Assembly (NCBI GenBank): GCA_965204725.1
Contig: OZ242005.1
Coordinates: 4,960,001-5,024,000 of the forward strand
Source: Candidatus Latescibacterota bacterium
GTDB taxonomy: Bacteria; Latescibacterota; UBA2968; UBA8231
Length of the DNA stretch: 64,000 bases
Reading direction: 5' to 3'
A program made the translations under genes and the position numbers. Under the pieces are notes generated by a model, which searched no databases, was not told the DNA's origin, and saw nothing but the letters and a program-made list of their open reading frames with translations. This document shows, piece after piece, positions 53,767 through 62,694 of the stretch. Positions within the stretch are counted from its first letter, which is position 1; every line of letters begins with the position of its first letter.

Positions 53767-54969
53767 CTAGTCAATGGCATCCCTCAGCAGTATGCTTCTC
53801 GCGGCCTCAGTCTCAGACGCGAACATAAGCGCTGCGGCACTATCCGCCCGCCCGGCGGCCGCTGCTTGCTGGCGAAGCTGGTATAGCGCGATGGGCAGCC
53901 GCAGGTCTGCTGCGCTATACGAAAAAGTCCTTCCGGCTTGCTTTTTGCGGTAGCTCTGTATCGCTTCGAGATAGCGATAGCCGAACTCCGCGGTCGGCTC
54001 GATTATGGTGCCCTCGCCGTAATCGTTCCAAGTGACAATCTGGATCAGCGACGCGCTTTCCCCAGCGCGTTCTAGCGTCTCGGCAAAAACCGCGCCCTCT
54101 TGGTCGTCGAGATAACCATAGCTTTCGCGCACACCAGCCTCTGAGTAGATGTCGTGGAACTTGGGAAACGCCGTGCCAATGCCGCCCTTTTCGTAGAGCT
54201 GGCTCAGGTAAGCGCGCCAAGCGGCCGGAGGCACGACGCGGCCGTCGTGTACTGGCGGCCAGCCGAATACCCCGTCGGCTCCTTCTTGGAGCGAGTTCAG
54301 GGTGTAGAAGTACGGAGGTTGCGGCAAGCCCGAAAACAGCTCCTTCCACGACGCCCCCTTGAAGTACTGCGGACCGAATACGAGAAGCAGGGGGCGGCCC
54401 GCGATCTTGGCGTATTCGTCGGCGACGAACCAGTGGTCCTGCATCCAGCGCAAGACATCTTGGCCGTGGCTAAGGGCTTGGCTCTCGCGGAGAACCCCAT
54501 CGTTGACGAGGTGCTTTACCGTTTGGTCTTCGTAACATATTGCAAAGCTCAATCCGGCCTTCTTGATATATGCGATTAGGTGGTTTGTGTTGCGGTGGAT
54601 CGCGGCGTAATCGCGGTGATCTTCGATGCCGTACCAGTCGATGATCGCGCCGTCGATACCTGCGAACTTCATAAGCAGGACGTGACATTCCAAGACGTGG
54701 GGGTCGTTTGAATCATACGGCCCGATCAATGGGTAGTAATGAGAGGCTATTTCGCGGCGACCGTCGTCGGTGATGGTGTTGGGATCAAAGTGATTCATCG
54801 TCCAGTGCCAACCCCACTCGCCGCTGGCCGGTTTCGCCGCATACCAAGGCATGTAGTGAACCATTATTTGGGGGCTTACCGTAGATAGCGGCTGAATGCC
54901 CGGGCTGACGAGGCTTTCGACGCAGGACAGGGACACACAGCACAGGGCGATGGGCAGGAGGCGTTTCAT
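53767..54969 (-). CDS. GH99/GH71-like glycoside hydrolase, putative lipoprotein
   Basis: Lipobox-like SLSC, HYMPWY, YYPLIGPYDS, AGIDG..IDWY, TWNDYGEGTIIEP. Confidence 0.82.
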   Translation of the reverse strand: MKRLLPIALCCVSLSCVESLVSPGIQPLSTVSPQIMVHYMPWYAAKPASGEWGWHWTMNHFDPNTITDDGRREIASHYYPLIGPYDSNDPHVLECHVLLMKFAGIDGAIIDWYGIEDHRDYAAIHRNTNHLIAYIKKAGLSFAICYEDQTVKHLVNDGVLRESQALSHGQDVLRWMQDHWFVADEYAKIAGRPLLLVFGPQYFKGASWKELFSGLPQPPYFYTLNSLQEGADGVFGWPPVHDGRVVPPAAWRAYLSQLYEKGGIGTAFPKFHDIYSEAGVRESYGYLDDQEGAVFAETLERAGESASLIQIVTWNDYGEGTIIEPTAEFGYRYLEAIQSYRKKQAGRTFSYSAADLRLPIALYQLRQQAAAAGRADSAAALMFASETEAARSILLRDAID

Positions 54970-55045
54970 TATCAAGGGTTTGGGAGCGGTCTAAAAACCC
55001 ACCTTGGGGCGTGTTGAACAAGCCGTAGAGACGGTCGCCGTCATT

Positions 55046-55243
55046 ATGTATGTTGCGTATTCCTTTCGGATTGGCCACTCTGAAAGGCAAGCGTGAGGGG
55101 CGCGTCGTCCGTCATTGGGTGAGCCGGCACGTCCGTGTCGCCGGCACCGTGCGGGAGTAAGACAGCCCTCACGCTTGGTTGTCGCTCCGAACCGATATAA
55201 GGGCACAAGGCCCGTATTACCAAGTGTAGAGGACAGCACCATG
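55046..55243 (+). ncRNA. Orphan IS110-family left end, candidate bridge RNA
   Basis: TGTATG end, 5' hairpin 55062-55087, 12-bp stem 55088-55099/55166-55177 with large internal loop, second loop ending GTATTACCAAG, then AGAGGA RBS and ATG 55241. Confidence 0.65.
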
Positions 55244-55248
55244 ATAAC

Positions 55249-55538
55249 TATAATGGTGCTAGTAGTTGACCGTGGCCTAGGTAGTTCCTACGCTGAGGTG
55301 TCCCCGTAAAACATGGAGCGAGCGGATGGTCCTTGAGACGGTCTTTTCCATGCTCACCCGAATCAGCCGATTTAAGCAGCAGACCCATCGAGCCTGGGCG
55401 TATTTCACCGCTCATCTCAGCTTGGCCATGGCCGCCTTCAATCTGCTGGCGCAGTGGCAGGGAGTACAGCCGGATAAAAACGGATGCGTCGCGTTGTCTA
55501 TCGCGGAGTTCGGATTATAAAACACTAGCACCATTGGT
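55249..55538 (+). mobile_element. Internally deleted IS982-like element (MITE-sized remnant)
   Basis: IRs AATGGTGCTAGT / ACTAGCACCATT; transposase C-terminal fragment 55326-55520 (ETVFSML…AAFNLL…LSIAEFGL). Confidence 0.65.
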
Positions 55539-55544
55539 TATATC

Positions 55545-56732
55545 ATGCCTTGGTACAGACCCTCTCTACTCCTGCTGGCGATTGCCGGCTGTGGACAAGC
55601 ACCCGAGCCAACCCCCGAAGTACAGGGCGACCGCTCGATGCGCGCTGGCTACTACGGAGAAGCGGCCGGCCACTACCTGCACGCCGTTGACCAGCACACC
55701 AAATCGCCGGTGCTCTACCGCAAGCTAGCCGAGGCGCATGCGAAAAACGAGGACCTGTCGTCCGCTGTCCGCGCATACGAGCAGGCCATTGCCCTCGCGC
55801 CGAGCCACGCCAAGACGCGGACCGAATTGGCCATTCTGTTTACGCGCCTCAATCGCTACGAGGACGCCTTCGCCTTGCTCGAACAGACGGTGCGCGAGCA
55901 GCCCGAGCGCGCCCGGGCGAACATGGTGCTGGGGTTGCTGCACGCCCGCGAGGGACGCTACCCAGCCGCGATTGCCGCCTATCAGCGCGCCCTTGCCGCC
56001 GTGCCCAACTACGGGGAGGCGTGGTTCAACCTCGGCGAAGCCTATCTCAAGCAAAACGACTACGCGGCCGCCGAGCAAGCCTTTGGCCGCGCCGTGGCCG
56101 CCGATACGACCTCGGCCCGATTTCGCAATGGCTTGGGGCGCAGCTTGTACCTCCGGAGAGACTACGCCGCGGCCGCGGCCGAATGTAGCCGCGCCGTGCG
56201 GCTAGACTCGCTTTTTGCCCGAGCACACTTCAACCTCGGCAACGCCTTGCTGCGCTCCGGGCAGCAGGACGAGGGACGACGCCATCTAGCGCTCTACAAA
56301 CGGCTCGAAGAAGAGGAAGATCGGATCGCCATGCTAAAAAACACCCTAGCAACGCACCCCGACGCCGCCGGGGCTTACCACGACTTGGCCGTTGTGTACG
56401 GGCAGCGCGGCCAATACCAAGAAGCGCGCCTCCGCTATCTCCAAGCCCTCGACCGCGACCCTGCTTTCGCGCCCGCTCACCACAACCTCGGCAACATCCA
56501 CTTCCGCCGGGGGGCCATCGCGGCGGCCGAGCAGCGGTTTCGCCAAGCCTTGCAGGCCGATTCCACGTATGTCCTCTCGCACTTGGGATTGGGCAATGTC
56601 TATATGCTGCGCAAGCAATACGAGCGCGCCATGGCCTCCTTCCGCCGGGGCCTGCGCCACCAGCCCAACCACCCCAAGCTCCGCCGCAATCTCGCCGCGG
56701 CCGAGCAAATCGCCGCGCAGGTTGGCCGATGA
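55545..56732 (+). CDS. TPR repeat lipoprotein
   Basis: IAGC lipobox, many TPR units (AWFNLG, AHFNLG, AHHNLG). Confidence 0.9.
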   Translation: MPWYRPSLLLLAIAGCGQAPEPTPEVQGDRSMRAGYYGEAAGHYLHAVDQHTKSPVLYRKLAEAHAKNEDLSSAVRAYEQAIALAPSHAKTRTELAILFTRLNRYEDAFALLEQTVREQPERARANMVLGLLHAREGRYPAAIAAYQRALAAVPNYGEAWFNLGEAYLKQNDYAAAEQAFGRAVAADTTSARFRNGLGRSLYLRRDYAAAAAECSRAVRLDSLFARAHFNLGNALLRSGQQDEGRRHLALYKRLEEEEDRIAMLKNTLATHPDAAGAYHDLAVVYGQRGQYQEARLRYLQALDRDPAFAPAHHNLGNIHFRRGAIAAAEQRFRQALQADSTYVLSHLGLGNVYMLRKQYERAMASFRRGLRHQPNHPKLRRNLAAAEQIAAQVGR

Positions 56733-58369
56733 TGCCGCGCACCTTGCCGCTGTGGGCTAGCGTAGTATGCGCCGCCGTCGCCGCGGCCGGGCCGGCCCCG
56801 CAATTTGTGGAGATCACCGCGGAAGCGGGCCTAGATTTTCGCTATGTCAACGGGGCTAGCGGCCACAAGTACATGGTGGAAGCTGTCGGCTCGGGCGCGG
56901 CCTTTTTCGATGGCGACGGCGACGGGTGGCTCGACCTGTACATCGTCAATGGCGCCCCCCTGCCCGGGTATCGCGGCCCGGCCCGGCCCAACGCGCACTA
57001 TCGCAACCAACGAGACGGAACCTTTGCCGATGTCACGACCGCGGCGGGTACGGGCGACGCCGGCTTCGGCATGGGCGCGGCCGTCGGCGACTACGACAAC
57101 GACGGCCATGCGGATCTATATGTGACCAATTACGGAGCGAATGTGTTGTACCGGAACGAAGGGGCCGGCGTTTTCGCCGACGTCACGGCTGAGACTGCGG
57201 TCGGAGATTTAGGGTGGGGAACGCATGCGGCTTTTGTCGATTACGACCGCGATGGCGATTTGGATCTATACGCGGCCAATTACATGGAATTCGACCCGGC
57301 CCACAACGAGGAGTGTTTTGCCGGCACGGCGCGCATTTACTGCGGCCCCAATACGTACCCTGGGCAGGCGGGTGTGCTCTACCGCAACGACGGGGGTAGC
57401 CGCTTTGCCGACGTGACCGCTTCCGCCGGCCTGCGCCTCGATTCGGGGCGGCAGCTCGCCGCGGTATTCGGCGATTTTGACAACGACGGCGACTCCGATT
57501 TGTTCGTCGCCAACGACAAGCGACCCAACTTTCTCTTCCGCAACAACGGGGATGGAACCTTTAGCGAAAACGGCGCGGAGGCCGGGGTGGCGTACAACGA
57601 AGAAGGGTTGGCCGAGTCGGCCATGGGGGCCGATTGGGGCGACTACGACAACGACGGGTTCCTCGACATTATTGTCGCGACCTTTCAGTGGCTGCCCAAC
57701 ACGCTCTACCGCAACGAGGGCGATGGATTTTTCACCGATGTCACGTTTGCGGCCAACCTCGGCGTACCCAGCGTGCCGTATTTAGGCATGACGTCCGCCT
57801 TTCTCGACTACGACAACGACGGGTTCCTCGATGTGTTCGTCAGCAATGGGCACCTCGACGAGAATGTGGAAGAATACGACCCAGCCACCACGTATCCCCA
57901 GCGCAACCAACTCTTCCGCAACCGGGGCGACGGCTCGTTTGCCGAAGTGACTGAGCTAAGCGGCCCGGGGCTGTTGGTCGAGCGCGTCAGCCACGGCGCG
58001 GTGTTTGGCGACTGCGACAACGATGGCGACGTAGATATATTCGTCTCGGACTCGGCCGCCCCGCATTGCACTCTGCTGCGCAACGACGGCGGCAATGCCA
58101 ACCACTTTCTGACGATTGAGGCCATTGGCACCGCGAGCAATCGCGATGGCTTGGGCGCGCGCGTCCGCGCCGTGGCCGGCGACTTGGTACAGACGCGGGA
58201 AATCCGCCGCAGCTACGGCTACATGGGCTCCAACGATGTGCGCCTGACCCTTGGCTTGGGCCACCGCCCGCAGGTAGATACGCTGCAAGTCCATTGGCCC
58301 AGCGGCGCGGTGCAAACGCTGGTGGGCGTAAAGGCCGATCAGCACCTCGTGGTGCGGGAGGCTCGTTGA
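56729..58369 (+). CDS. CRTAC1/ASPIC-UnbV family FG-GAP repeat protein
   Basis: Repeated DYDNDG..D motifs; C-terminal NRDGLGARV…GLG…VHWPSG. Confidence 0.92.
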   Translation: MMPRTLPLWASVVCAAVAAAGPAPQFVEITAEAGLDFRYVNGASGHKYMVEAVGSGAAFFDGDGDGWLDLYIVNGAPLPGYRGPARPNAHYRNQRDGTFADVTTAAGTGDAGFGMGAAVGDYDNDGHADLYVTNYGANVLYRNEGAGVFADVTAETAVGDLGWGTHAAFVDYDRDGDLDLYAANYMEFDPAHNEECFAGTARIYCGPNTYPGQAGVLYRNDGGSRFADVTASAGLRLDSGRQLAAVFGDFDNDGDSDLFVANDKRPNFLFRNNGDGTFSENGAEAGVAYNEEGLAESAMGADWGDYDNDGFLDIIVATFQWLPNTLYRNEGDGFFTDVTFAANLGVPSVPYLGMTSAFLDYDNDGFLDVFVSNGHLDENVEEYDPATTYPQRNQLFRNRGDGSFAEVTELSGPGLLVERVSHGAVFGDCDNDGDVDIFVSDSAAPHCTLLRNDGGNANHFLTIEAIGTASNRDGLGARVRAVAGDLVQTREIRRSYGYMGSNDVRLTLGLGHRPQVDTLQVHWPSGAVQTLVGVKADQHLVVREAR

Positions 58370-58384
58370 GGAGGTTGGGGCGTT

Positions 58385-58413
58385 TTGACGCTAGCGGACT
58401 GTTGGGCGATAAT
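58385..58413 (+). promoter_or_regulatory. Putative sigma70 promoter for the two-gene cassette
   Basis: TTGACG, 17 nt, GATAAT. Confidence 0.55.
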
Positions 58414-58461
58414 TTGGGCCTGATAAGCGGTCGCACTACGGACAAAAAAAGGAAAAAGGCC

Positions 58462-58758
58462 ATGCACTTCATAGTATCGTGGGATATAAATGCCGAAGGC
58501 GAGGAGTGGGATGTGCTCAACGCTCAGCTAAAAGAGTGCATAGAAAACTATTCTTGGGCGCGCCCACTTAGCACTTTTTACGTCGTTAGAGTATCTGCTC
58601 CGCAAGAATGGCAAGAAATTACGAAAGACCTGATAAAAGTAGCCGAGGGTTCTCCAATTAGGATACATCTCGTCATTGGCCCTTTAATGTCTGGAGGTCA
58701 ATACGATGGCTATCTTCCCAAAGACTTTTGGCCAGAACTAGAAAAGAGAATAGCCTAA
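58462..58758 (+). CDS. Small Cas2/VapD-like ferredoxin-fold protein (low GC)
   Basis: 98 aa; FIVSWDI first strand with Asp, W…LSTFYVV, G.L…W tail; fold call is inference. Confidence 0.6.
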   Translation: MHFIVSWDINAEGEEWDVLNAQLKECIENYSWARPLSTFYVVRVSAPQEWQEITKDLIKVAEGSPIRIHLVIGPLMSGGQYDGYLPKDFWPELEKRIA

Positions 58759-59093
58759 TGGGAGAACCCGCAAAGCACGTTGAGGCTGACTTCGACTCGC
58801 CTACGCCACTTGCCAGAACAACCGTAGTGGTTTCCGTGCCGCAGACCCTTGAAATAGAGTTGGTGGACTCGTCTGTCCTCAAGGACTATGAGATTTGGTC
58901 TATTCAATCTGCTACACTTCTCAGTATCCTCGTAGGCATCGCCATGGCAATGATACAATCTGGCAGGTCTTCTGCATTGGACGTTTTTGGCTTCGTATTC
59001 CTCGTTTGGTTTGGGTTCAGTTTGGCATACGCCATTAAGAAGCGAAACCAATTGAAGCGCAATGTGACAAGCATACCGTTTGTCCCCAAGTAG
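58758..59093 (+). CDS. Two-transmembrane-helix hypothetical protein (low GC)
   Basis: 111 aa, TAATG overlap with the previous stop, two hydrophobic segments then KKR. Confidence 0.7.
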   Translation: MGEPAKHVEADFDSPTPLARTTVVVSVPQTLEIELVDSSVLKDYEIWSIQSATLLSILVGIAMAMIQSGRSSALDVFGFVFLVWFGFSLAYAIKKRNQLKRNVTSIPFVPK

Positions 59094-59149
59094 CACCTTA
59101 TGGTGCGGGAGGCTCGTTAATTTGGGCCTGAGCAGTGGAATAGTCGCAA

Positions 59150-61525
59150 ATGACAGGCGCAGTCATCTTGGGTGTGCAGAAGCGGACCTTCCGCGATCAG
59201 GACCCGGTCAACATCGCAGCGTCCGAGCGCGTCGGCCATCTCCACGATGCACTGGCGGCCTCCGGCTACACCGGCCACGACCTCCAGCAGTTCCTCGTCC
59301 GCATGGTCTTTTGCTTCTTTGCCGACGACACCGGCATCTTTGAGCCGCGCGACATTTTCCTCGACTTGTTGGAAAACCGGACGCGGGACGACGGCTCCGA
59401 CCTCGGCGGTTGGCTGGCGCAGCTATTTCAAGTCCTCAATACCCCGGACGACTGCCGCTCCAAGAACCTCGACGACGACTTCGCTCGCTTTCCCTACGTC
59501 AACGGCGACTTGTTCCGCGATCCCCTGCTCATTCCCTCGTTCAACCCCGACATGCGCCAGCGGCTGATTGACGCTTGTAGCTTCAATTGGTCCGACATTT
59601 CCCCGGCGATTTTTGGCTCGCTCTTTCAGGCGGTGATGGACAAAGACCAGCGCCGCGCTCAAGGTGCTCATTACACCACGGAAAAGAACATACTCAAGGT
59701 CATTGAGCCGCTTTTTCTCGACGAACTGCGCGGCGAGTTTCGCCGTCTGCAAGCTCGCCGCGACAGCCGCCGCATTCCCGAATTGATCGCCTTTCAGCAG
59801 CGGCTCGGCCAGTTGCGCTTTTTTGATCCGGCGTGTGGGTGCGGCAACTTTCTCATCATCGCCTACCGCGAATTGCGGGCCTTGGAAATCGAGATGCTCA
59901 AGGAGATTCGGCCGTACCGCCAGATCGATGCTTTTGCGGCGTTGTTATCGGCGGTCGATGTCGATCAGTTCTACGGCATTGAGTTGGGGGAGTTTCCGGC
60001 GCACATTGCCGAGGTCGCCTTGTGGATGATGGATCACATTATGAACAACCGGCTGAGTTTGGAGTTCGGCCAAACGTACACGCGCATTCCGCTGGCGAAG
60101 TCGCCGCACATTCGGCACGGCGACGCGCTGGAGATCGACTGGGGGGAAGTGTTGCCGCCAGCGGAGTGTTCCTACGTTTTGGGCAATCCGCCGTTTGTGG
60201 GGGCGAAATTCCAATCAACCGAACAGCGCGAACAGGTGCGGCGCATCGCCGCGCTGGGCAAGAGCGGCGGCACTCTCGACTATGTTACCGCGTGGTTTAT
60301 CAAGGCTGGCGAATACGCCAAGCAGGGCACCGTGCCCATCGGCTTTGTCGCGACCAATTCCATCACGCAGGGCGAACAGGTGGCGCAACTGTGGCCAATT
60401 TTGTTCGACCGTTGCGCGTTGGAAATCGCCTTTGCCCATCGCACGTTTGCATGGGGGTCGGACGCTCGCGGCATGGCGCATGTTCACGTCGTCATCGTCG
60501 GGTTGGCCAAGCGCAGCAACGTGCCAAAGGCGAAACGGCTGTTTTCCTACGACGACCCCAAAGGCGAGCCGAGCGAGAGCCAACACGCGGCCCTGTCGCC
60601 CTATCTATTCGACGCGGGGGGACTGGCCGACCCGCGCATTGTCGTAAAGGAAGCGGCCCAGCCTCTGAACGAATTGCCTAAGATGATTATGGGATCCCAG
60701 CCTATTGAGGGGGGATACTACATTTTTAACGCTGACCAACGCGCCGCCTTTTTGGACGAAGAACCGGGGGCCGAGCCGTATCTGCGGCCCTTTGTGGGGA
60801 GTCGCGAGTTTTTGCAGGGCGGCGAACGCTGGATACTGCGCTTAGCCGAGGTGCCGCCGCAAGTGCTCAGGACGCTGCCCAAAGTCCGCGAGCGCATCGC
60901 CGCTGTCCGCGCCTATCGGTTGGCGAGCAAGAGAAAATCGACCCGCGAACTCGCCGCGACGCCGATGCTCTACCAAGCTAACATCGTGCCGGACGCGCCG
61001 TTTCTGGTGGTGCCAGAAGTCAGTTCCGAGCGGCGGGATTACATCCCGATTGCATGGCTGGAGCCGCCGGTGATTCCGAGCAACAAGGTACGCATCCTGC
61101 CCAACGCCGAGCTTTGGCAGTTTGGCCTCCTTACATCTACAATGCACATGGCGTGGGTCAGAATTATCGGTGGGCGGTTGGAGAGCCGTTATTCCTACGG
61201 CATCGGCGTCATCTACAACACCTTCCCCCTGCCGCCCGTGCCCGCGAATCGCCTGCAACGCCTCGCGCCTTACGCCGACGCCATCCTCGCCGCCCGCGCC
61301 GCCCATCCCGACGCCACCCTGTCCGACCTCTACGACCCCGACCTCATGCCCGCCGACCTCCGCAAAGCACACCAAGCCCTCGACCGCGCCGTCGATAGGC
61401 TCTACCGCCGCACCGCCTTCCCCACCGACCGCGAGCGCGTCGAACACCTACTCGGCCTGTACGAAAAAATGCTGGTGCCGCTGACGGCCAAGCCCAAGCG
61501 GAGACGACGGCGATCACAGGGCTGA
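59150..61525 (+). CDS. MmeI/YeeA-like type IIL DNA adenine methyltransferase lacking the N-terminal nuclease region
   Basis: FCFFADDTGIF, GAHYT, FDPACGCGNF, GNPPF, SSERRDYIP, YNTFP, LYDPDLMP. Confidence 0.88.
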   Translation: MTGAVILGVQKRTFRDQDPVNIAASERVGHLHDALAASGYTGHDLQQFLVRMVFCFFADDTGIFEPRDIFLDLLENRTRDDGSDLGGWLAQLFQVLNTPDDCRSKNLDDDFARFPYVNGDLFRDPLLIPSFNPDMRQRLIDACSFNWSDISPAIFGSLFQAVMDKDQRRAQGAHYTTEKNILKVIEPLFLDELRGEFRRLQARRDSRRIPELIAFQQRLGQLRFFDPACGCGNFLIIAYRELRALEIEMLKEIRPYRQIDAFAALLSAVDVDQFYGIELGEFPAHIAEVALWMMDHIMNNRLSLEFGQTYTRIPLAKSPHIRHGDALEIDWGEVLPPAECSYVLGNPPFVGAKFQSTEQREQVRRIAALGKSGGTLDYVTAWFIKAGEYAKQGTVPIGFVATNSITQGEQVAQLWPILFDRCALEIAFAHRTFAWGSDARGMAHVHVVIVGLAKRSNVPKAKRLFSYDDPKGEPSESQHAALSPYLFDAGGLADPRIVVKEAAQPLNELPKMIMGSQPIEGGYYIFNADQRAAFLDEEPGAEPYLRPFVGSREFLQGGERWILRLAEVPPQVLRTLPKVRERIAAVRAYRLASKRKSTRELAATPMLYQANIVPDAPFLVVPEVSSERRDYIPIAWLEPPVIPSNKVRILPNAELWQFGLLTSTMHMAWVRIIGGRLESRYSYGIGVIYNTFPLPPVPANRLQRLAPYADAILAARAAHPDATLSDLYDPDLMPADLRKAHQALDRAVDRLYRRTAFPTDRERVEHLLGLYEKMLVPLTAKPKRRRRRSQG

Positions 61526-61590
61526 GACTATATTAGGGTTATATCCGATGCCTGATGAATGTCATACAATACTTTCACTGAAAGGGCTAT

Positions 61591-62694
61591 ATGATGGCTG
61601 AACAACGCGACAGCACTACCGAGGAAATCGAGGGTCTTGGCAATAAGGAAGACTCGGCGTGGACAGACTATCCAATAGACACGTTACTGATCCGAAACGA
61701 GAGTCGTACCGTCTTTGATGTTTTGCGAAGAATTAACCAGAACAACTACATCATGGACCCGGAGTTCCAACGAGATTTTATCTGGCCGGAAGATACGCAG
61801 AGCAAACTCATTGAGTCCGTGCTGATGCGCATTCCTCTGCCAGTTTTCTATTTAGCAGAGGACGACCAAGGGCGAATGGTGGTTGTAGATGGATTGCAGC
61901 GCCTTTCGACGTTCAAGCGTTTTGTCGATGACAAGTTGTGCTTGTCGCTTCCGGGTCAAGATAAACTACACAAAAAGCGGTTCACCGACCTATCGCCCAA
62001 GCTCCAAAATCGCATTGAAGATTGCAACTTGATCTTCTACATCATTGACGCCAAAGTCCCGGATCGGGCTCGATTAGACATATTTGAGCGCGTGAATAGC
62101 GGGGAACCTCTCTCCCGACAGCAGATGCGCAACAGCTTGTACATGGGCAAGGCGACCCGTTTTCTCAAGGATGAATCGCGTACCGATATTTTTTCAGATG
62201 CGACAGGACGCAGCCTAAACAAAGATACGATGCGCGATCGCGAATTTGTCAACCGATTTTGCGCCTTCCAACTTCTCTCTCTTGATGAATACAAGGGAAA
62301 TATGGACGATTTTTTAGCACAAGTACTGAGAAAGATGAACAATCTAGAGCCGGAAGACCTATCGCGCTTATCGGCGGAATTTCGGAGAGGTCTCGCAAAC
62401 AATCACAAAGTCTTCGGCATCCATGCTTTCAGAAAACACAGCCGGGGACAGGAAAAACGAGGAGTCCTCAATGCTTCGCTTTGGGATGTGATGTCCACTG
62501 GGTTGTCGCGTTACCCAGAAAAATTGGTTGATGCCCATACAGAGGTCCTCAAGAGTAAGTTTTATACCCAGATGAATGACGAAGAGTTTGTACTATCTAT
62601 CACTCGAGGACCAAGTGATGTGCGAAAAGTTCGGCATCGGTTTCGCGTTGCCGACGCGATGTTCAAGGAGGTGCTCGGTGCTCACACAACTTGA
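61591..62694 (+). CDS. DUF262 (GmrS/ParB-like) protein
   Basis: PEFQRDFIW, LIES, VVDGLQR, IFERVNSG. Confidence 0.9.
   Translation: MMAEQRDSTTEEIEGLGNKEDSAWTDYPIDTLLIRNESRTVFDVLRRINQNNYIMDPEFQRDFIWPEDTQSKLIESVLMRIPLPVFYLAEDDQGRMVVVDGLQRLSTFKRFVDDKLCLSLPGQDKLHKKRFTDLSPKLQNRIEDCNLIFYIIDAKVPDRARLDIFERVNSGEPLSRQQMRNSLYMGKATRFLKDESRTDIFSDATGRSLNKDTMRDREFVNRFCAFQLLSLDEYKGNMDDFLAQVLRKMNNLEPEDLSRLSAEFRRGLANNHKVFGIHAFRKHSRGQEKRGVLNASLWDVMSTGLSRYPEKLVDAHTEVLKSKFYTQMNDEEFVLSITRGPSDVRKVRHRFRVADAMFKEVLGAHTT

Larger units (their letters stand above)
58341..59120 (+). repeat. 29-bp imperfect direct repeats bounding the cassette (58341-58369 and 59092-59120)
   Basis: AGCACCTCGTGGTGCGGGAGGCTCGTTGA vs AGCACCTTATGGTGCGGGAGGCTCGTTAA (26/29). 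Confidence 0.88.

Noticed and set aside
58462-58758. CRISPR-Cas locus implied by the Cas2-like protein
   Set aside because: No repeat-spacer array, cas1 or other cas genes seen in the window
58341-59120. Integron attC cassette
   Set aside because: The boundaries are direct repeats of a gene end, not RYYYAAC…GTTRRRY imperfect palindromes, and no intI is present
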